Positions 1-11,611 of a stretch of 64,000 nucleotides of DNA are shown here, in pieces. A program made the translations under genes and the position numbers. Every line of letters begins with the position of its first letter. The first letter of the stretch is position 1. The DNA lies in contig NIVC01000034.1 in the NCBI GenBank assembly GCA_002269645.1, positions 186,001-250,000 on the forward strand. The letters run 5' to 3'. The DNA comes from Macrostomum lignano. Its lineage: Eukaryota. Under the pieces are notes generated by a model that was not told the origin of the DNA, ran no database searches, and was given only the letters and a program-made list of their open reading frames with translations.

Positions 1-437
1 CTATGCCGTTGCCATCCGGTCTAAAATCGGACGAAGCGGATGTTCTATCATCGTCAGGACTGAGCAGTGACAGTGGTCTCAATAACGAGAATGATGTTGG
101 TCGGCATCACTTGGCGGAGAGTCACGCCGTCAAAGCTGACAAGACTCTGCTGTTGCATCATCAGCAATCGCGTCAAGAAGATCTGCTGGACAATGGCTCG
201 GTTTCGACACCTGTAGCTCCGATTCTGATTGGCCTGGCAACTGCCGGACTTGTCATTCTAGCCCTGGGGCTCATGTACCTGCGATACAGGCGCTCTGCTC
301 AGTCTGTCGGGTTATCTGGCGGTCGGGGTGGCGGCGGCAGCAATGGGAAAACTCTACCAGTGGATGCCGAGTCTCAAGCCGAAATGGAATGGGATAATTC
401 TGCCTTGAATATCACCGTTAATCCGCTGGATAATGAG
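1..437 (+). CDS. CLSTN: Calsyntenin, internal exon (transmembrane helix plus first W-acidic motif); window starts inside the exon
   Basis: A hydrophobic segment ILIGLATAGLVILALGLMYL is followed by EMEWDNSALNITVNPLD, which matches the calsyntenin cytoplasmic motif (MDWDDSALTITVNP). Phase-0 donor GAG|GTGAGG at 438. Confidence 0.85.
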
Positions 438-487
438 GTGAGGGACCGTTTCGGTTTTCATGAGGGATTTTAGTGAAGACAGGTGAC

Positions 488-2275
488 GCTTCAGATAATT
501 CAGATACTTCAGGTACTTCAGACACTTCAGATACTTCAGGTACTTCAGATACTTCAGATACTTCAGACACTTCAGATACTTCAGACACTTCAGATACTTC
601 AGACACTTCAGATACTTCAGACACTTCAAATACTTCAGACACTTCAGATACTTCAGACACTTCAGATACTTCAGACACTTCAGATAATTCAGATACTTCA
701 GATACTTCAGATACTTCAGACACTTAAGACACTTCAGACACTTCAGACACTTCAGATACTTCAGACACTTCAGATAATTCAGACACTTCAGATACTTCAG
801 ATACTTCAGACACTTCAGATACTTCAGATACTTCAGACACTTAAGACACTTCAGACACTTCAGATACTTCAGACACTTCAGATACTTCAGACACTTCAGA
901 TACTTCAGACACTTCAGACACTTCAGATACTTCAGATACTTCAGACACTTCAGACACTTCAGACACTTCAGATACTTCAGACACTTCAGATAATTCAGAC
1001 ACTTCAGATACTTCAGATAATTCAGACACTTCAGATACTTCAAACACTTCAGACACATCAGATACTTCAGACACTTCAAATACTTCAGACACTTCAGATA
1101 CTTCAGACACTTCAGATACTTCAGACACTTCAGATAATTCAGATACTTCAGATAATTCAGATACTTCAGATACTTCAGACACTTCAGACACTTCAGATAC
1201 TTCAGATACTTCAGATAATTCAGATACTTCAGATACTTCAGACACTTCAGACACTTCAGATACTTCAGACACTTCAGATACTTCAGGCACTTCAGATACT
1301 TCAGACACTTCAGATACTTCAGACACTTCAGATACTTCAGATACTTCAGACACTTCAGATACTTCAGACACTTCAGATACTTCAGATACTTCAGATACTT
1401 CAGACACTTCAGATACTTCAGACACTTCAGACACTTCAGATACTTCAGATACTTCAGACACTTCAGATACTTCAGATACTTCAGACACTTCAGATAATTC
1501 AGACACTTCAGACACTTCAGATACTTCAGACACTTCAGATACTTCAGACACTTCAGATACTTCAGATACTTCAGACACTTCAGATACTTCAGACACTTCA
1601 GACACTTCAGACACTTCAGATAGTTCAGACACTTCAGATACTTCAGACACTTCAGATACTTCAGATACTTCAGACACTTCAGATACTTCAGATACTTCAG
1701 ACACTTCAGACACTTCAGATACTTCAGACACTTCAGACACTTCAGACACTTCAGATACTTCAGACACTTCAGATACTTCAGATACTTCAGACACTTTAGA
1801 TACTTCAGACACTTCAGACACTTCAGATACTTCAAATACTTCAGATACTTCAGATAATTCAGATAATTCAGATACTTCAGATACTTCAGACACTTCAGAC
1901 ACTTCAGATACTTCAGATACTTCAGATACTTCAGATACTTCAGACACTTCAGATACTTCAGACACTTCAGATACTTCAGACACTTCAGATACTTCAGATA
2001 CTTCAGACACTTCAGATACTTCAGATACTTCAGACACTTCAGATACTTCAGACACTTCAGATACTTCAGATACTTCAGATACTTCAGACACTTCAGATAC
2101 TTCAGACACTTCAGATACTTCAGACACTTCAGATACTTCAGATACTTCAGACACTTCAGATACTTCAGACACTTCAGACACTTCAGACACTTCAGACACT
2201 TCAGATACTTCAAATACTTCAGATACTTAAGATAATTCAGATAATTCAGACACTTCAGATACTTCAGACACTTCA
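488..2275. repeat. 9-bp tandem repeat (ACTTCAGAY)n, about 200 copies, in calsyntenin intron
   Basis: Directly visible acttcagat/acttcagac array. It produces the spurious DTS/EVS/LKY/LQI ORFs. Confidence 0.97.
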
Positions 2276-2361
2276 ACAAAGAACTGATGCTTTTCAGATT
2301 ATACATGAAATTCTTGATTACTAAGCATTTATTTCAATATTTTTCTTATATCTTTACACAG

Positions 2362-2442
2362 GAAGACACAACTAGCATCGTCTCAAATGAGGCAGATTCA
2401 GCATCTGTAGCTGAAATGCTAACGGATAAAGACAGTGTTTAA
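2362..2442 (+). CDS. CLSTN: Possible short alternative terminal exon of calsyntenin (EDTTSIVSNEADSASVAEMLTDKDSV*)
   Basis: Strong acceptor ttttcttatatctttacacag| at 2361, phase 0 matching the donor at 438, in-frame TAA at 2440-2442. Confidence 0.4.
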   Translation, partial: EDTTSIVSNEADSASVAEMLTDKDSV

Positions 2443-2660
2443 AAATCAATTGAAAAAAATTACTATAAAGCTCGATTTTTCGTCTAACAAACTCACCAAT
2501 AATACTTGTAACTGTAATAATGACAAAGAACTTAAATTGCTTATAACAAAAAAATTAGTTCACAAAAAATTTCGTGTGAATTAGTCGATTGTTCATTTAA
2601 ATTAACAGATATTATAATCAGAATTAGCTCTTATTAAAATTCTTTAACACTGTTTGCAAC

Positions 2661-3797
2661 CAGGCACCGCGGAACAGGGAGGGGTGTCGCAGAGGGGGCA
2701 GCCGCTCACGAATTTTAAGGTCACTGCTTGACATTCCGTATGGCGCCAAGACCTTCCATATCGATATGACGCCAAGACCTCCCCTCCCCTATGGCGCCAA
2801 GACCTCCCCTCCCCTATGGCGCCAAGACCTCCCCTCCCCTATGGCGCCAAGACCTCCCCTCCCCTATGGCGCCAAGACCTCCCCTCCCCTATGGCGCCAA
2901 GACCTCCCCTCCCTATGGCGCCAAGACCTCCCCTCCCTATGGCGCCAAGACCTTCCCTCCCTATGGCGCCAAGACCTCCCCTCCCCTATGGCGCCAAGAC
3001 CTCCCCTCACCTATGGCGCCAAGACCTCCCCTCCCCTATGGCGCCAAGACCTCCCCTCCCCTATGGCGCCAAGACCTCCCCTCCCTATGGCGCCAAGACC
3101 TCCCCTCCCCTATGGCGCCAAGACCTCCCCTCCCCTATGGCGCCAAGACCTCCCCTCCCCTATGGCGCCAAGACCTCCCCTCCCCTATGGCGCCAAGACC
3201 TCCCCTCCCTATGGCGCCAAGACCTCCCCTCCCTATGGCGCCAAGACCTTCCCTCCCTATGGCGCCAAGACCTCCCCTCCCCTATGGCGCCAAGACCTCC
3301 CCTCCCCTATGGCGCCAAGACCTCCCCTCCCCTATGGCGCCAAGACCTCCCCTCCCTATGGCGCCAAGACCTCCCCTCCCCTATGGCGCCAAGACCTCCC
3401 CTCCCCTATGGCGCCAAGACCTCCCCTCCCTATGGCGCCAAGACCTCCCTATGGCGCCAAGACCTCCCCTCCACTATGGCGCCAAGGCCTCCATTATGGC
3501 GCCAAGACCTCCCCTCCCTATGGCGCCAAGACCTCCCCTCCCTATGGCGCCAAGACCTCCCCTCCGCTACCGCGCCAAGACTTGCCCTCCCCTATGGCGC
3601 CAAGACCTCCCCTCCCTATGGCGCCAAGACCTCCCTATGGCGCCAAGACCTCCCCTCCACTATGGCGCCAAGGCCTCCATTATGGCGCCAAGACCTCTGT
3701 TGTGTCGCTACTGAATCTTCCTTGTGGCGCGAACTATGTATTCTTGTGGCGCTAAAATCTCCCCTGTGGTGCTAAAAAAACATTCCGCGCTGGCCTG
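2661..3797. mobile_element. MITE-like non-autonomous element with imperfect TIRs, filled by a minisatellite
   Basis: Left end CAGGCACCGCGGAA; right end TTCCGCGCTGGCCTG (reverse complement CAGGCCAGCGCGGAA). No clear TSD. Confidence 0.55.
2760..3695. repeat. 24/25-bp minisatellite CTATGGCGCCAAGACCTCCCCTCCC
   Basis: Directly visible tandem array. It produces the repetitive MAPRPPLPYGAKTSPP ORFs in all three frames. Confidence 0.97.
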
Positions 3798-3853
3798 ACA
3801 ATAACCGACCATATGTATTCTCTAATCAATTAATCAATAACCGGCACAATCAG

Positions 3854-4198
3854 GAGAACATGTCAGACTCTGGCAGCGAAGACAATCAAGAAGATGATTA
3901 CGTTGAAGACGAACTGAATTTGGACAATGGCTCCAGCTGCTCGGACGAGATGGAAGACGATATTGACGGGATGACCGCTTCGGGCTTGCTAATGCAGCGC
4001 TCGGCTCAGATTGCCAGCTCTGAGGATGAGCTGGACGATGAGTCTGTGGTGGTTCAAATGGTCACTGGAGCCGAGGCGGTGCGCTATGGTCAGCAGCAGG
4101 TGCAGCAGCCGGTTGTGCTGAAGCCGCAGCTGGAGTGGGACGATTCGAGCCTGCCGGATATCAAACCCATGATTCGATCTACGGCTGGCACTATTTGA
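3854..4198 (+). CDS. CLSTN: Calsyntenin terminal exon (acidic tract plus second W-acidic motif LEWDDSSL)
   Basis: Acceptor caatcag| at 3853, phase 0. An Asp/Glu-rich stretch then QLEWDDSSL matches the calsyntenin C-terminus (QLEWDDSTL). Stop at 4196-4198. Confidence 0.85.
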   Translation, partial: ENMSDSGSEDNQEDDYVEDELNLDNGSSCSDEMEDDIDGMTASGLLMQRSAQIASSEDELDDESVVVQMVTGAEAVRYGQQQVQQPVVLKPQLEWDDSSLPDIKPMIRSTAGTI

Positions 4199-6309
4199 GC
4201 TGGGAAATCAAAGATCAAGGGCACAATGATGGGCAGTAATTGTGCGGCACAAATATGCAAAATTTAAAGTGCAACAGTTGTTTAATTAAACTAATGAGGA
4301 AACTACAATTTTATTTGTTTTCATCACAATAAATAATATTGATATATAAGCTTCAATACGAGTGTGATAAACTATAATCTCTTTAATTGTTTTCACTGCA
4401 ATTTTTTTTGATTATACAAAACCAACGCTTGTTATTAAATTAATTTTTGTTTCAATCAGCTTTACAATTTTTAATGAGAAAAAAATACCATCGACATTTA
4501 ATACCTGTTTTTGTTTATTCGAAATCACCTAATGCTTTACGTTACACTTTGCATGCAGGCTTGTCTTCACTTGTAATCATGTGGTATATAAATTGAATTT
4601 TTGACATATATTTATGATAATTTATGACAAATTTGCAACATTAGACGCAGACAACGAAGCAACAAATGTGATTTTTTTTTAAATTACTGTTTTTGTATGT
4701 AGAAAAAAGTTGTATTAAAGCGGCTAGATATTCATTTGTGCATCTGGTAGTTCAGAAAACATCAGACAGCTTTGTGTTATTTTTAGTTTTTTTTTTTTCA
4801 CCGCGCTGTTTATTGCAAAAACTCTGTTTAATATTTTATGATAAACATTTTCATGTGCTTTTTCCTGAACGTTATTCTCTTCTGGCAATATTTAAGCATT
4901 GTATAATCATTTGCTTTGAATTGGTAAAGTTTTGTATATTCTTTTTTCACTACGGCATACGAATATTGTACGTGTATGTATATCACATATATATATATGC
5001 GTTTATTGTTAACTATCTTACAACCAAATCGCTTTAACTACATGAAAATAAAAATATGTTAAACAGCTGATTTAGTTTATTTTGACAGCGTTATGCTTGT
5101 TTTGTTATAATTGTATTATTTATTTAATGATACAGTGCTCGAATCTCGAATATTTTAGTTTTATAAATATTTATTAATATTAGATGTCAATTTAATAATT
5201 AAACATTAAATAGTCGATTCGGGCGTAGTATCTAAAACAAATTAAAATTACAAGCTTGCTTTATTTTTGTTAATATTTATTATATTTATTTGTTTTTTTT
5301 CCTGAATCACTTTTGATCGTAACAACAGCGTCACAAACATTAAATAAAATTCCACAATAATTTTTTATCTGTTTTCTCTTTTCCTCATTTGTGTTATCAT
5401 TTATATTCATTTTCATTTTCATTGTAAATCAGTTTTTGAGCAGCTTTTGTCTAGATGGTTATTGATCCTTATGCAAGTCGCCATTGACGTATAATAATAT
5501 TTCTGCAATTTTTAGGCTTCTACATATTTAATTGTGTCTAACAATGAACAACAGTTTTATTCTACTGGTAATATTTACTGTTTTAATAATTACGTAATCC
5601 ACTTAATTTAATGCTTTTATTGTTGTACATTTTTTCGTATATTTAAATTATCAAAAATATGTATGTATTTCATGCATCTTAGTGTTATATTAGTATAGTT
5701 TACAGTGCTTTTGGTGTCACACGTTACAGCATAACCAAAGCTTAGGCTCGTATCATTATGTCGTGTCTCGCTTCTGCAGCCCGAAAAAAAAACAAAATCT
5801 TTATAAGATTTTTTCCAGTTAACAATTTGGGAAAAGTTCATGTGTGAAAAAAGTTCGAAAATGTGAAGTTTTTTCTCTCGTTTTTTGTTCCTTTTCTACT
5901 TATTCGCTTAGCCTAGTAGTGCATCTGTCGCCCAAGTATATTTGGCTAAGTTTATTTCACCAGCCGAATGTAGCATTCAACATTGGCTTGAATGTTTCGT
6001 CGACGGTCTGTGATCATTGAAAGCAGAAACTATAATAAACGTGTCTGCTCGTTCGTTGCTTGGGTGTTTTTTTATCAACAAAATGTGATTGTTCGGCTTG
6101 TTTATTTGTCTAATTTTTAGATTGTTTTTAGGCTTAGCGTAGTATTTAGTGACTAAATTTAGTTTGTTTTGACAATTCTAAGGTAATTTAACAAATTTTA
6201 TAGCGTTGTCTGTAGATTATTATAGTGCGTCGCTCATTGTTATGACTGCTGTCTGTTCATATCAACTGTCAATTGCCCAGCAACTTCTCTGAGGTACAAA
6301 CAAGTTGCT

Positions 6310-6603
6310 GGGTTGTGCAGCCTAGTTGGTCAGAGCGCGGACTCACGACTTGAAGGTCGGAGGTTCGATTCCCGATCCCACTCGCAACAATTTGTGTCTT
6401 TGAGTAAGACACTTAACTCTGCATTGCTTCAGTTCACCCAGTTGTAAAAATGGGTGCCAGCATTAGCTGGGGTAATTGAGGGTGTGTGTGGCGACCCCGC
6501 AGTCCTTGGACTGAACAGCCGTACGCAATAGCTGCGGCTGAGCTGTCGGTTGCACATCTGGCCTAATTGGGCAGGTGTAATCAATTATTATAATTATTAT
6601 TAT
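6310..6603 (+). mobile_element. tRNA-derived SINE with CORE-like central domain, copy 1
   Basis: A-box-like TAGTTGGTCAGAGCG and B-box GGTTCGATTCCC. The segment GTGTCTTTGAGTAAGACACTTAACTC...CAGTTCACCCAGTTGTAAAAATGGG resembles the CORE consensus. (ATT)n tail. Second copy at 19255. Confidence 0.75.
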
Positions 6604-6802
6604 CTGAGGTGCAAAAATGATGGTAGGACAGGGCATCTCACCGGCCAATGTGTTGTGACTACTTTCACCAAAGTGCCCAAGGACCAGCTTTCAATCGGTC
6701 TATCGGTAACAGTAGGATAATGTTTAGTACCCATTTTATACTGGCAGATCCTATTTGATTCTCTTCATAACTCTCATTTTTTGTCTTTTTTGTATCGTTT
6801 GC

Positions 6803-7225
6803 ATGTCGTCCGAGCAGGAAGACTCTGCGGAATCTGAGCCGCAGTCGCAGGCGGCTGAGCAGCAGACTCAACAGCAGGATGAAGCCTCTAGCAAAGACTC
6901 TGCAGTTGAGTCTAAATCAGATGAAGGCTCGGCAACTCCAGCTGCCAAAGCTTCAACAGACAAAATCGTGATTTTACTTCGACCAACTGGTAATGCGCCG
7001 ATTCTAACCAAGAAAAAATGGGTCGTCGCCCGTTCCCAACGAGTCGGCTGGGTCAGCGAGTTCGTCAAGAAGGCGCTGAAATGCCAGCCGGACGAGTCGC
7101 TGTTTCTCTACGTCAATCAGGCATTCGTGCCGGCGCCAGATCGCGATTTTGGCGGCCTCTACGACTGTTTTGGCGCCGATGGGAAACTCACTCTGCACTA
7201 TTGCAAGACGCAGGCCTGGGGCTGA
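6803..7225 (+). CDS. ATG12: Ubiquitin-like autophagy protein ATG12 (no intron in the CDS)
   Basis: KIVILLRPTGNAPIL...LFLYVNQAFVPAPD...LYDCFGADGKLTLHYCKTQAWG with C-terminal Gly. AATAAA just after the stop. Confidence 0.95.
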   Translation: MSSEQEDSAESEPQSQAAEQQTQQQDEASSKDSAVESKSDEGSATPAAKASTDKIVILLRPTGNAPILTKKKWVVARSQRVGWVSEFVKKALKCQPDESLFLYVNQAFVPAPDRDFGGLYDCFGADGKLTLHYCKTQAWG

Positions 7226-7805
7226 CAGCCGATATGTGCCAATAAATTGACGCCTAAATTATTCAAGAGCTATTATTGAAAATCTGTTTAAATAGCTACG
7301 CTAAAATTTAAATTAGTTATCATGATTTTATTTTAATCGACAATAAAAACACTATTGATAAATTTGTTATTACTCTTAGTTAGTATCTGTTTTATCTTCC
7401 CAATCAAGTCGAAGTGTGTTAATATGACTAGTAATAATTATTATTAACGTATCTGCAACCGCAAATGTAATGTTTTGTTTCAAAATAATATATATAACAA
7501 TGATTTCAATGAAATGCATTTATGTGCACTGCTAAGATTGACTGTTTCATACAATCGTTGTTTTATGTTGTTTACTAAATACTTAATAGTGGAATTTATA
7601 TTACTTAAAATGATACTGTAGATAGCTTTGTGTGTGGAATTAATAGTATTATAATTCTCCTAAACGCTACATTTTGATGATTACTTAAGTATAGATCTGT
7701 ATCTTTGTTTTAGCCTAAACTTGAAGCATGTATGCTAAAATATAAGTTATTAACGCTTCATATATTTTTCATGTAATCCTGCCGAGTTGCTATTTTCGAA
7801 GAGCG

Positions 7806-8447
7806 ATGAAGTTCAAAATTTTCGGCGACCTCGACTGTCCGGACTGGCTGCTAGCTGAAGTGTTTGCCATGTCAAAATTGTCAGTTGTCAAGTTGCGTCT
7901 GGTCTGCTCAGCTTTGGTAAAGTCTTTAGCCGCTTCTGCCGCTAGCAACGATAGTAGTAGCCTTGACAACAACGCCGTCCTCCTAGCAACGGTTGCTAAG
8001 CACACGTCGGACGCGAAATTTAACGAACGCGACAATCAGGCATTGATCTCGGCGTTGACTCAGCTGTTTACTTCGGCTAATAAGTACTCAGCGAGTCCAG
8101 AGACTCTGGGAGAGGAGCTGCAACAGCTGGGCTTGCCGAAGGAGCATGCGGGACAGATTGTTAGAGTGTACTCAGACTCCGGTGCTGCTCTGACTGAGTA
8201 CGCCAATGCTAGAGAGCTCAGACTGTCTCGTTTGGCCTCGTGCTCCTGGAGCTTGCGTTTAATGATGCCGCCAAAGTCTGGGCAGAAAACCGCTGCTCAA
8301 GTTCGATTTAAGCTCGGTGTTGAAGGTGACGGCACAGAGCAGACTAAAGAGATTGAGTTTGAAGCTAGCGAGCAGAGATTGCGATTATTGAAACACGAAA
8401 TTGGACGATTGCTAGCTATGATGGAGCAGACTATGAGAACTGGATGA
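7806..8447 (+). CDS. COMMD4: COMM domain-containing protein 4 (no intron in the CDS)
   Basis: N-terminus MKFKIFGDLDCPDWLLAEV...SVVKLRLVC is characteristic of COMMD4. TLGEELQQLGLPKEHA is followed by a C-terminal COMM domain. Confidence 0.93.
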   Translation: MKFKIFGDLDCPDWLLAEVFAMSKLSVVKLRLVCSALVKSLAASAASNDSSSLDNNAVLLATVAKHTSDAKFNERDNQALISALTQLFTSANKYSASPETLGEELQQLGLPKEHAGQIVRVYSDSGAALTEYANARELRLSRLASCSWSLRLMMPPKSGQKTAAQVRFKLGVEGDGTEQTKEIEFEASEQRLRLLKHEIGRLLAMMEQTMRTG

Positions 8448-8984
8448 TGCTGGGAAAGGTGTTTGTTGTTCTTGTTGAGAGAAGGTGCTTCAATGGTTGT
8501 CTTGTATATATGATACCAATATGTTTGCAATCTTACTTGACTAAATATTCCCAATTTGATAGTTATTTTATCATTTATGTTCCAACCTTAAACAGAATTG
8601 TTAGTTATAGAATTTGTCTTTCCAATACAAATTAGCATTATCTAAATTGTACTCCAATGTGTGTAGTGTGTACGGTTTGTTATTGACAAACAATTACTAT
8701 AATGTTATTCTTGCTCAATGAGTAATTAATTCACTCATTGATTGATTTATGCAATTCTATTATAATATTTGCGTAATAAAATAAATTTATTGATTCTTCT
8801 ACTAATATATACCAAGATATTTTTATGCTTACTATTGTAAAGCATGGGTTACCGTTTTAGAAGTAGCATAGATAATGGGGCAAAGCAACGTCGTGACTCT
8901 CGCATCTCAACCCTTTGTTCGATCCATGCATCCGTCACACTCATTTAAGTCTTGTGGCGCACGGAAATTGTCCATTGGGGGTTT

Positions 8985-9243
8985 TTATCTGCAATTCACA
9001 CCCATGAGGGCCAACTCTCCCCCCCCCCGAAGACAGAGTGTGCATGCCCTGTTATCTGCAATTCACACCCATAAGGGCCAACCCCCCCCCAAGACAGAGA
9101 GTGTACATGCCCTGTTATCTGCAATTCACACCCATAAGGGCCAACCCCCCCCCCCAAGACAGAGAGTGTACATGCCCTGTTATCTCCAATTCACACCCAT
9201 AAGGGCCAACCCCCCCCCCAAGACAGAGAGTGTACATGCCCTC
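8985..9243. repeat. About 60-bp tandem repeat, roughly 4 copies
   Basis: Repeated TATCTGCAATTCACACCCATAAGGGCCAACCCCCCCCAAGACAGAGAGTGTACATGCCCTGT. Confidence 0.9.
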
Positions 9244-9280
9244 GTAACATGCCTAACGATTAGAAAGGCAGGTTCGCTGA

Positions 9281-9588
9281 CAGGGGCGCCGCTATGGATT
9301 TTATAGTGGGGGGGGGGACAAAGCCAAGAGTTCTGCATGTACATGACTAAATTCCTACATGTACATTATTGTGAGAATCGGTGTTGTCAGCGCTCATTTT
9401 GGCGCCACAGGCACTCATTTTAGCGCCGCAGGCACTCATTTTAGCGCCGCAGGCACTCTGTTTTATCGCCCTGACGCAAAATTATTGATTTCCATAACAG
9501 GTCAACAAAGGTAGGGTAGGACAAATAACTAGCATGTCCCCCCATAAATTTTACTGGGGGGACATGCCCCCCCCCCGGTGGCACCCTG
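9281..9588 (-). mobile_element. hAT-like MITE, same family as 61578-62152 in opposite orientation
   Basis: Ends CAGGGGCGCCGCTATGGATTTTATAG and GGTGGCACCCTG are reverse-complement matches of the ends of the 61.6-kb element. A few copies of the same 21-bp internal repeat are present. Confidence 0.75.
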
Positions 9589-9761
9589 TGTGAGCGGTGC
9601 ATGAGTGTGTGCCTGCGTACAGTATTGGCTCGTTTGTATGTGCTATAAAATGCATTACTGAAACTTTATCATACTTTATAAAATTCCAGTCATTGTTTGC
9701 CATCGGTAAACAGTCAACAAAGTCAGCAGTCAAATAAATCAACAGAGCCGATACTGCAATT

Positions 9762-10551
9762 ATGAAAGCTTCTCCTGGAACCCACGACTCAGCCGTCATA
9801 GATATGGACGATGTTGAGATGACAGTTGAGTCAGACAATGCTCCTAGAGGTCAGCAGCAGCAGCAGCAACAGCAACAAGGCGGACCAGATCTTTACAAGG
9901 CCATCCGCGATAACATGTCTTCAATTGTGTGGCAGGAAGGCACCAAGAAAGCTAAGACGGCAATTTCATCTTACGCCAATGTTGACCTACTGCGACCCTA
10001 CTTTGATGTCCAACCAATGGAAGTGGCCAACCGTCTGTTATTCTCTTTTGTCCCGGCTCGAGTGTCCAATGATGCCAATAAAATTCATTCGGAACTGTAC
10101 GGCCCGGTGATGACTTGTTTCACCCTGGTTGCCGTGCTGTTGTACGAGATGAAGTCATCGGACCATCGGGTTCAAGAGGGTACCCTGATGGGCTCAGCCA
10201 TGATCACCGTGTTTGGCTATTGGCTTGGCGTGTCAGCTCTAGTGTGGCTAGTGGCTTACATTTGCAACGCCCAGGTGAAACCAATTCAGGTTGCAACTCT
10301 GATTGGCTACGCGTTAACCAGTCACGTTGCTGTTGTACTGCTGACAACATTTTTCCATTCTACTCAGTCTCACAAGCTCTTCTACCTGCTCTGGGCTGTG
10401 CTAGGCGGACTGACCACTTTGAAATTGGTCAGCACCTTTGTTGTTAGGACGCCCGGTCACACGGAACGGATTGTCCTGTGCGCTCTGGTTGCCATCCTGC
10501 ACATGCTGTTCCTGCTGTATCTGCACTTCGCTTATCACAAGATTGTGTCCG
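9762..10551 (+). CDS. YIPF3: YIPF3 (Yip1 family member 3), exon 1
   Basis: [46 protein letters not shown] and [15 protein letters not shown] match YIPF3. Phase-1 donor G|GTGAGC at 10552. Confidence 0.93.
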
Positions 10552-10576
10552 GTGAGCTGCGAGTTGGTGGGGTGTA

Positions 10577-11298
<722 letters not shown>

Positions 11299-11465
11299 AA
11301 CTTTCTATCTACGTATCCTTGTTGTCACTGCTCAAAATGTCTGCATGTGATTGGTTTTGTTTTTTAGGCCTGCAACAAAAAATTTAAAATTATGCACTCC
11401 TTCCAATATGTAAAACATTTAATTGTATTTAAACAATAGCCAACAATAAACTGCCCTTCACGCAG

Positions 11466-11611
11466 ACCTGAGCGAAGTCCTGGAGCAGAAGATAGGCATG
11501 CACCACCCTGTGGCTCAGGTCGGTGCCAACAAGCCGCCAGCAGCCGCCGGTTCTGGCAAAGCCGCCGCCTCCGCCATCGGAGCGGCTCCACTGATGCCGA
11601 AGGCTTCTTAA
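11466..11611 (+). CDS. YIPF3: YIPF3 exon 2 (DLSEVLEQKIG...PKAS*)
   Basis: Acceptor cttcacgcag| at 11465, phase 1, open to TAA at 11609-11611. Confidence 0.7.

Noticed and set aside
354-2306. Long DTS/EVS/LKY/LQI repeat ORFs, including a tempting acidic Ser-Asp-rich (DTS)n protein
   Set aside because: They are by-products of a 9-bp repeat. The DTS frame has internal TAA stops (for example 725-727) and no phase-compatible splice link to the calsyntenin exons.
2766-3775. Three roughly 300-aa Pro-rich ORFs
   Set aside because: They are open in all three frames because of a stop-free 24/25-bp minisatellite.
6310-6385. Possible tRNA gene
   Set aside because: It continues into a SINE body and has a diverged second copy. 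No convincing full cloverleaf.
6755-6805. Hydrophobic N-terminal extension of ATG12, and TTGCATG resembling the end of a flatworm spliced leader
   Set aside because: The extension starts at a non-ATG codon in T-rich UTR-like sequence. A 7-nt match is too short to claim an SL-bearing retrocopy.
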